A DNA stretch of 64,000 bases, from positions 110,040-174,039 of the forward strand of contig CBDBIG010000003.1 in assembly GCA_965205845.1 (NCBI GenBank), written 5' to 3'. Below the pieces are notes generated by a model. It searched no databases. It was not told where the DNA came from and saw only the letters and a list, made by a program, of their open reading frames with translations. The translations under genes were made by a program, and so were the position numbers. Positions 57,674-64,000 of the stretch are shown in pieces (positions within the stretch are counted from its first letter, which is position 1; each line of letters begins with the position of its first letter). Source of the stretch: a bacterium (GTDB lineage Bacteria > SAR324 > JACQKK01).

Positions 57674-57728
57674 ATGATTGGCTCTTAAAAAAACGAATTA
57701 GCAGGGTGCAAGGATGCGAGGAGCGTGA

Positions 57729-59093
57729 TTGATTTTGATGCCGGGAAACAAAACAGGGCGAGCATCGCTTGGAGACCCCAGTCTCGAGCGCAATGCTGTA
57801 AAGAAGGGTGCTGTAGGTACGCAAAGGGAAGAGCGTGTGTTGTTGCAGCCCGTGAGAGGGGTGCGCGACTTTTATCCTGAAGACATGCGCAGGCGTCAAT
57901 GGTTATTTGACACATGGCGCAATACCGCCAAAGGGTTTGGCATGGAAGAGTATGATGCCTGTGTGCTTGAGCATGAGGCCTTGTATCTGCGCAAGGCGGG
58001 AGAAGAAATTGCGGAGCAACTCTACCATTTTGAGGACAAAAACCAGCGACGCCTCGCGTTGCGCCCCGAGATGACCCCCTCTTTGGCACGCATGGTGTTA
58101 CAGCGCAAAAATACCCTCTCCTTTCCATTAAAATGGTTTTCCCTTCCCCAGTGCTTTCGCTACGAACGCATGACTCGTGGGAGACGCAGAGAACATTTTC
58201 AATGGAATGCAGATATTGTTGGTACAGCCGATCTGTGGGCTGATGTGGAAATCGTATGCTTGCTTCTAAGTGCCATGGGCAACCTAGGCTTGAACGCCGA
58301 GACTGTCCAACTACACCTCAATCACCGTGGCCTGATGAGTGCCGTCCTGAAACGGGCAGGGATTCCCATGCATCAAATGGTGGAAGTTTTGGTGGTGATG
58401 GACAAGCGCGACAAATTAAATGCTGCGGACTTCAAGAAACAACTCACCGAGTTAGGGCTTCACTCCGCCCAGGTGGATGGTGTGTTGACCTTAATGGATG
58501 CCAAATCCTTGCCAGATGTGGCAGATTTGCTGCAAGAAGAGGGCGTTTTGCGCGAATTGGACGACATCATGGCTGCCGTTCAAAAAGCAGGATTTGGGGA
58601 CTGGGTGGTGTTTGATCCCTCAGTGGTCCGCGGCTTGGCTTATTATACGGGGCTGGTGTTTGAAGGGCGTGATACCAAGGGTGAATTGAGGGCCATTTGC
58701 GGTGGAGGGCGTTATGATGGCTTGCTGTCGACTTTGGGTGGCCCACCGACGCCTGCTGTGGGCTTTGGTTTTGGTGATGCGATCATTATGGAGGTCTTGC
58801 AATCCTCCGCACTGCTACCCAACATGCCAAACCAAGGGGACGATGCCGTGATTCCTTATGGGAGCGAGGCAGGCGAAATGGCCATGCAAGTGGCCATGAA
58901 ACTGCGTGCACAAGGGAGAAGGGTTTACGTTGATTTTAGCTTTAGGCGTTTGAAGCGGAGCTTGAGCAAAGCGGTTGAACAAGGGTTTTTGCGTGCAATA
59001 CTGCTAATGCCAGAAGAACTGGCGCGTGGGATGGTGGTTGTGCGCGACTTAAGAACCCATCAAGAAACGGCCATCCCTCTTCACCAGCTGTAA
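57729..59093 (+). CDS. hisS: Histidyl-tRNA synthetase
   Basis: VRGVRDFYPEDM.., class II motif 2 FRYERMTRGRRREHFQWNADIVG, motif 3 region GGGRYDGL, C-terminal anticodon-binding domain. The GTG at 57837 is a plausible true start. Confidence 0.9.
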   Translation: MILMPGNKTGRASLGDPSLERNAVKKGAVGTQREERVLLQPVRGVRDFYPEDMRRRQWLFDTWRNTAKGFGMEEYDACVLEHEALYLRKAGEEIAEQLYHFEDKNQRRLALRPEMTPSLARMVLQRKNTLSFPLKWFSLPQCFRYERMTRGRRREHFQWNADIVGTADLWADVEIVCLLLSAMGNLGLNAETVQLHLNHRGLMSAVLKRAGIPMHQMVEVLVVMDKRDKLNAADFKKQLTELGLHSAQVDGVLTLMDAKSLPDVADLLQEEGVLRELDDIMAAVQKAGFGDWVVFDPSVVRGLAYYTGLVFEGRDTKGELRAICGGGRYDGLLSTLGGPPTPAVGFGFGDAIIMEVLQSSALLPNMPNQGDDAVIPYGSEAGEMAMQVAMKLRAQGRRVYVDFSFRRLKRSLSKAVEQGFLRAILLMPEELARGMVVVRDLRTHQETAIPLHQL

Positions 59094-59144
59094 TACCCTT
59101 CTTGGCTAAGCAAACAATTTGCACACATAACCCCCTTTTCAAAA

Positions 59145-60095
59145 ATGCAGGCAGCAATCTCTTTTTTATGTCAATCGAGTCGCTTTACTTTTTTTGCAAT
59201 ACACGCCAACACAACACACAAAAAAGGCCTTAAATACGTCATGTCTCAAGATTTACACGTATTGGATTTTATTCCGGCGCAAGAAAAACGCCTCCCCCTG
59301 TTATTTGATAGCCCCCACAGCGGTACTGTTTATCCAAGTGACTTTGACTATACCATTGAACATAACATTCTTAGGTTGGCAGAAGACGCTTACGTTGATG
59401 AATTATTTCGCCATGCTCCAAAAGTGGGTGCTGGTCTTTTGCGTGCCCTGTTTCCACGGAGTTACATCGACCCTAATCGCAGCACAGAAGATTTTGACGT
59501 GAATATGGTCGATGGGGCTTGGGATATGCCAACCAACCCAGGGTCCAAAACCAGGCAAGGCATTGGCTTAATATTTCGTGACTTGCCTAGCCGCGGTGCG
59601 GTGTATAGCCGGATGCTGACTATAGATGAGGTGCACCAACGCATTGATCGGTATTGGCGACCGTATCATCAGCGCATTGGGCAAGAAATAAATGCTTTGT
59701 ATGCCCAATTTGGCAAAGTATGGCACGTAAACTGCCACTCCATGCCTGCCTATAGCAGTAAAGCCGCCCCGGATGGGGCCGTAAAACGCGCCGAAGTGGT
59801 GTTGGGCGATCGACATCAAAGCACTTGCAGCCCTGAATTTACCCAGTTTATTCAGCAGTTTTTCGTCACCACGGGCTATCAGGTTAAGGTGAACGAACCT
59901 TATGCAGGTGTTGAACTTGTTCGCCGTTATTCTAATCCTGGGCAAGGACGTCACAGCATTCAAGTGGAGCTGCGCAGAGATTTGTATATGAATGAGGAAA
60001 CGCTAGAAAAAAACCCTGGTTTTACCAAATTGCAAAAAGATTTAAGCGCGTTGTGCGTAGCATTAGGCGATTATGTGCGCCAAAAGCTGCTTTAA
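59145..60095 (+). CDS. N-formylglutamate amidohydrolase (FGase/HutG-like) family protein
   Basis: LLFDSPHSGTVYP..., ..YIDPNR.., ..HVNCHSMP.. are typical of the family. Likely start is the ATG at 59241 (MSQDLHVLDF). Confidence 0.7.
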   Translation: MQAAISFLCQSSRFTFFAIHANTTHKKGLKYVMSQDLHVLDFIPAQEKRLPLLFDSPHSGTVYPSDFDYTIEHNILRLAEDAYVDELFRHAPKVGAGLLRALFPRSYIDPNRSTEDFDVNMVDGAWDMPTNPGSKTRQGIGLIFRDLPSRGAVYSRMLTIDEVHQRIDRYWRPYHQRIGQEINALYAQFGKVWHVNCHSMPAYSSKAAPDGAVKRAEVVLGDRHQSTCSPEFTQFIQQFFVTTGYQVKVNEPYAGVELVRRYSNPGQGRHSIQVELRRDLYMNEETLEKNPGFTKLQKDLSALCVALGDYVRQKLL

Positions 60096-60133
60096 AATCC
60101 ACGCACTCCACGGGCTATATACGTCAGAACCCC

Positions 60134-60273
60134 AAGGTTTTATCATCCGACTGACCTGCCGAATACCATCATTGCAAAGCCTGCTGCAACACCATTCTAT
60201 CGGATAAGGTTTTATCATCCGACTGACCTGCCGAATACCATCATTGCAAAGCCTGCTGCAACACCATTCTATC
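60134..60273. repeat. Tandem array, 72-bp unit x ~2
   Basis: AAGGTTTTATCATCCGACTGACCTGCCGAATACCATCATTGCAAAGCCTGCTGCAACACCATTCTATC occurs at 60134 and 60206. Confidence 0.95.
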
Positions 60274-60502
60274 TGTATGAAGTCTGCCGTTAGGATGGCG
60301 CAGGGACGCACTAACGGCCGATGCGGTGCCTGATGAGGCGGGCTGTGCTCGGCAAAATCTCCAAGGAGACTTGGGAGAGCAACCCATTCGCAAGTGCGAT
60401 CATTCGTCATGCAGCAAGCAATTTTAAAACCACCTAACCCATCGCACCCTCATACCCGCTGGGTTTCGAACTTAATGTTCATGGAAAATCACACGCGGCG
60501 GG

Positions 60503-61039
60503 TTAACGGGCACGGGCAGAAGAAAACAAACCACCAAACGGCCTTTTAGGCAGAGACTCTCTGCGCTTTGCAATGTATTGTTGATGGTAGTCTTCTGCCA
60601 GATAGTAATTGGTATAAGGCGTGATTTCCGTTACCACTTTTTTCCCAAGGTGCCCGGTGTTTTCCAATGTTTTTTTCGATTCAACAGCATTTTTTTGCTG
60701 GGTTTCGTCAAGGGTAAAAATGGCCGAGCGATACTGCGAACCCACATCAGGACCCTGCCGATTAAGGGTGGTTGGATCGTGACAGTCCCAAAATGCCTCA
60801 AGCATCTTTTGATACGAGGTTTGGCCTGGATCAAACTCCACCTCAACCACTTCGGCATGCCCACTGTTACCACCACATACTTCCTTGTAACTGGGATGGG
60901 GCGACTTTCCCCCACCATATCCCACCGATGTACGCGTAACACCTTGCAATTGACGAAAGGCTTCCTCAACCCCCCAAAAACATCCTGCTGCAAAATAAGC
61001 TTTGGCCATAACCTGCTTCTCCTTACAATTGTGTGCCAC
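60503..61039 (-). CDS. msrA: Peptide-methionine (S)-S-oxide reductase
   Basis: AYFAAGCFWGVEEAF...VGYGGG..PSYKEVCGG.SGHAEVVEVEFDP. Likely start is the ATG at 61009. Confidence 0.92.
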   Translation of the reverse strand: MAHNCKEKQVMAKAYFAAGCFWGVEEAFRQLQGVTRTSVGYGGGKSPHPSYKEVCGGNSGHAEVVEVEFDPGQTSYQKMLEAFWDCHDPTTLNRQGPDVGSQYRSAIFTLDETQQKNAVESKKTLENTGHLGKKVVTEITPYTNYYLAEDYHQQYIAKRRESLPKRPFGGLFSSARAR

Positions 61040-61279
61040 TAAGGAATGCTTGCTCGGGCTACACCACCCGAGACCCCAATCCTAGCATAAAAAACACATT
61101 CCCATCACTTTTATGCACGGTACTTGGTTTATTCTTCCCTATTTGCTAGGGTGCCTTCACTGGTTTGGCGGACGCGTCATGTGGCGCGGCCTGTCGCCAG
61201 CAGCCGCTCGCGGATTGTTCACCCACCCATCAACCCATCGTTATCCTTATAAATTATAAAAAGGGAATGCCAACACGCC

Positions 61280-61516
61280 ATGCCTTATCCCAATGTGCTG
61301 CGCAAAGCCAAAACGGTAATTTTTTCCTTCCTCAAATACGCTATGCTGGCCATGTTGGTTTTTGAACTATTGCACCACGTTGAGGCCCGCGCTTTTGCCC
61401 ATTCAGGCAGCATAACCGAGCACGTACAATGGAGCACCCTCCTGGGCCATTTAGCCCTGCCAATTGCATTGATACTGGGCTGTGCGTGGTTCATAAAACG
61501 TGGTTTTAAGGCGTAG
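61280..61516 (+). CDS. Small putative membrane protein (2 TM)
   Basis: 78-aa ORF ending 11 nt before tyrS. Two hydrophobic segments (AMLAMLVFELL, LGHLALPIALILGCAWF). ORF evidence only. Confidence 0.35.
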   Translation: MPYPNVLRKAKTVIFSFLKYAMLAMLVFELLHHVEARAFAHSGSITEHVQWSTLLGHLALPIALILGCAWFIKRGFKA

Positions 61517-61527
61517 AGCAAGGTTTT

Positions 61528-62811
61528 ATGCACCCCTCCACTTCTGTATCTCCTCCCCAGCATATTTGGCAGGTATTGCAAGCAAGAGGGCTTTATCGCA
61601 AATCGACCGATGCCGACGCAATGATCGCCTTGGTTGAAAAACGTGGCAAACCCATCACGGCTTACATTGGCTTTGACCCCACTGCCAACTCGTTTCATGC
61701 AGGTCATCTTGTTCCTTTAATGACGCTTATCCATTGGCAGCGCTGTGGACATCGCCCCATTGCACTGCTTGGTGGTGGTACAGCCATGATTGGCGATCCT
61801 ACGGGAAAAAACGACATGCGTAAAATGCTCTCCTTAGAGCAACTGCAGTGTAATGCCGAAGGATTACGTCAGCAACTCAATAATTTGCTCGCGTTTGATG
61901 GGCCACAAGGCGCGGTGTTAGCCAACAATGCCGATTGGTTGTTGGGGTTGGGCTATGTTGAGTTTTTGCGCGACGTCGGGGTGCACTTTTCAGTGAATCG
62001 CATGCTGACCTTTGAAACATTTCGCATGCGCATGGAAGGGGGCGGGCTCTCGTTTTTAGAGTTTAATTACCCGCTGTTACAAGCTTACGATTTTTGGCAA
62101 CTCAAACAACGCTATCAATGCCTTGTACAATTCGGTGGTGATGACCAATGGGCCAATATTATTAGTGGTATCGACTTGGTACGGCGGATGGGCAAAACAA
62201 CCGTGTACGGCTGGACCCTCCCTTTGCTTACCACTTCTGGCGGTAAAAAAATGGGTAAAACCGAGCGCGGCGCACTCTGGCTTGATGCCAACAAGACTTC
62301 TCCCTACGAGTATTACCAATACTGGCTTAATGTAGATGATGATAACGTGGGTCAATGCTTACGCTTGCTGACCTTTTTGCCCTTAGAAGAAATTCACGCT
62401 TTAGAACGGTTGGAGGGAGAAAAAATTCGGCAGGCCAAAGCCGTGCTGGCCCACCACACCTGTGCCCTTGTTCATGGGCAAGAGGAAGCTGAGAAAGCGC
62501 AAAAAGGCGCGAGGGCTTTGTTTGGTGGCAGCCATCCTGGCAACAATCCCAAAGATTTGGCACATATCCCCAGCAGCACCGCTGCCAAAAGCAGCCTCAA
62601 AGCGGGGTTGGGGGTTTTGGCTGCCCTTGAACAAGTCGGTCTCACCCGCTCGCGAGGCGAAGCACGCCGTTTGGTACGCCAAGGTGGGGTGTTTGTAAAT
62701 GGCCAACGCCTTGAAAACGAAGAAGCTGTACTAACCTTAGCCGATGTACAAGAGGGTGCAATTTTGCTTGGTATAGGTAAAAAGAGACGCCTACGCTTGT
62801 TGGTGTGCTAA
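61528..62811 (+). CDS. tyrS: Tyrosyl-tRNA synthetase
   Basis: HIGH-type motif (GFDPTANSFHAGHL), KMSKS-type motif (KKMGKT), C-terminal S4-like domain (RRLVRQGGVFVNG). Confidence 0.92.
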   Translation: MHPSTSVSPPQHIWQVLQARGLYRKSTDADAMIALVEKRGKPITAYIGFDPTANSFHAGHLVPLMTLIHWQRCGHRPIALLGGGTAMIGDPTGKNDMRKMLSLEQLQCNAEGLRQQLNNLLAFDGPQGAVLANNADWLLGLGYVEFLRDVGVHFSVNRMLTFETFRMRMEGGGLSFLEFNYPLLQAYDFWQLKQRYQCLVQFGGDDQWANIISGIDLVRRMGKTTVYGWTLPLLTTSGGKKMGKTERGALWLDANKTSPYEYYQYWLNVDDDNVGQCLRLLTFLPLEEIHALERLEGEKIRQAKAVLAHHTCALVHGQEEAEKAQKGARALFGGSHPGNNPKDLAHIPSSTAAKSSLKAGLGVLAALEQVGLTRSRGEARRLVRQGGVFVNGQRLENEEAVLTLADVQEGAILLGIGKKRRLRLLVC

Positions 62812-63141
62812 CACGGCGTTTGACAGGCAAGCGTTTATCGCAATCAGAGCGAAGTGGCCAATGGGGTGATTGAAGGCCTATAAGGGGAGGGAGGTGGGGA
62901 TATCCTCATTGGAGGTGCTGAGCACGCTTGGCTTGAGGGCATGCGCCATGGCGATCATCTGCGGCCTTACTCGAGAGTTTATCGCTGTCAAAGAAGAGCA
63001 TCTTTCCACTTGGTGGGGCTTGATAAAACACAAACATGCGGATTGCCGCTCGTGTCCCATCAACAAAGGCTTGGCAAATTGTGTGAGGTTTTTTTAAGGC
63101 AGCAACCTGTTGCGTACAAAACAAAATGCTACGCGCTGTGC

Positions 63142-63540
63142 AAGGCGTAAACACGCGTATGCTCGAGGCAGCGGCATCCAAGTACTCAAAAGGTTTTCCC
63201 TTTGGGGTTTTTAATGTTACGGTGCCGCGGGATTTTTTTATGGCGCAGAGCGGGTTTTTAAGCGGACAATTTTTGACACACCACAATATATTCACTGCTC
63301 ATGGTGGCCTCCTTTTGCCCCGCCTTATTCGATGGTGAATAAGGCGTAAACACGCGTATGCTCGAGGCAGCGGCATCCAAGTACTCAAAAGGTTTTACCT
63401 TTGGGGGTTTTTAATGTTACGGTGCCGCGGGATTTTTTTATGGCGCAGAGCGGGTTTTTAAGCGGACAATTTTTGACACACCACAATATATTCACTGCTC
63501 ATGGTGGCCTCCTTTTGCCCCGCCTTATTCGATGGTGAAT
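63142..63540. repeat. Tandem duplication, 199/200-bp unit x 2
   Basis: 63142-63340 and 63341-63540 are identical apart from one substitution (ttccc/ttacc) and one extra G. Confidence 0.95.
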
Positions 63541-63582
63541 TGCGCATGGGCATTCTTTTGTTCGAGATTGTCCGTTGATAGG

Positions 63583-64000
63583 TTACCCGATGTTGTAAAA
63601 ATTGACTGTCGCAAAGCAAATCAGCGGCATCTCTCCCCCATGATAAGAAATACCGTATTTATTTTTTAGCGCTTTATCCGTTGAGTGGGCAATTTCCAGT
63701 AACAATTTCCACTTATACGTTTGTCCCGCTCTTTCTCTTAACGATGTTTTAAGGGATAAGATCATCATTTTTTTTGTTTCACGGTGTACAATCACCAAAT
63801 CACAATCGGGATTTTGCGTTTCTCCCGCAACGTGAATGGTAAACGCTTCGTCAAACTGGTTTAAAGCACTTTGCTTGCTGATGATAGAGATATTGTTGGA
63901 TATGTTTCCGGATTCTTTATTTTTGATAAAAATGTAGGTAATCAGGTACTGCAAACATGTTGCCCGCGATGGATTTTCTTGTTTGGGCAATATCCTTAAT
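63583..64000 (-). CDS. Partial ORF, possible PD-(D/E)xK restriction-endonuclease-like protein
   Basis: AT-rich ORF open to the window edge (the track start at 63990 is TTG, with no upstream stop). ..PDCDLVIVHRE..MMILSLKTSLRERAGQ.. has the D...(S/E)xK spacing of PD-(D/E)xK nucleases. Weak, from memory of the fold motif only. Confidence 0.3.
   Translation of the reverse strand, partial: LRILPKQENPSRATCLQYLITYIFIKNKESGNISNNISIISKQSALNQFDEAFTIHVAGETQNPDCDLVIVHRETKKMMILSLKTSLRERAGQTYKWKLLLEIAHSTDKALKNKYGISYHGGEMPLICFATVNFYNIG

Noticed and set aside
1867-63540. Possibility that the tandem arrays are CRISPR loci
   Set aside because: Units abut directly with no unique spacers, unit lengths (45-199 bp) do not fit, and no cas genes are present.

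Overview
64-kb window from a diderm (Gram-negative-type) bacterium whose lineage I cannot identify. All calls rest on reading the supplied ORF translations and the DNA; no searches were run. Recognisable content: 2 tRNAs (Thr-UGU, Leu-UAG); housekeeping genes (metC-like, mltG, tig-clpP, hisS, tyrS, msrA, IscA/HesB-type, transaldolase-like); an atypically ordered partial type II secretion locus (gspL/M/N-like, mltG, gspF-G-H-I-J-K, no secretin or ATPase in the window); a 5-gene peptide-type ABC transporter; a FadH-like reductase with an orphan ETF-alpha-like gene; a sugar epimerase plus GT-A-like gene; and two RCC1-repeat lipoproteins. Accessory content: a beta-class DNA methyltransferase fused to an HNH nuclease, a GC-rich phage-baseplate remnant (hub-like plus spike), and a partial restriction-endonuclease-like gene at the right edge. 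At least four genes look decayed (apgM frameshift, alpha/beta-hydrolase, M16 peptidase, mlrC-like). Seven unrelated intergenic tandem-repeat arrays (45 to 199-bp units) are scattered through the window, and a 26-bp perfect inverted repeat brackets 8.9 kb. The best candidate for an undescribed system is a co-directional four-gene module at 14.7-22.4 kb. Two full-length paralogous ~600-650-aa proteins with no motif I recognise flank a pyruvate,phosphate-dikinase homologue. That homologue keeps the phospho-histidine motif but has substitutions at catalytic motifs of both flanking domains. A bipartite Pro/Lys/Ala-linker protein completes the module.
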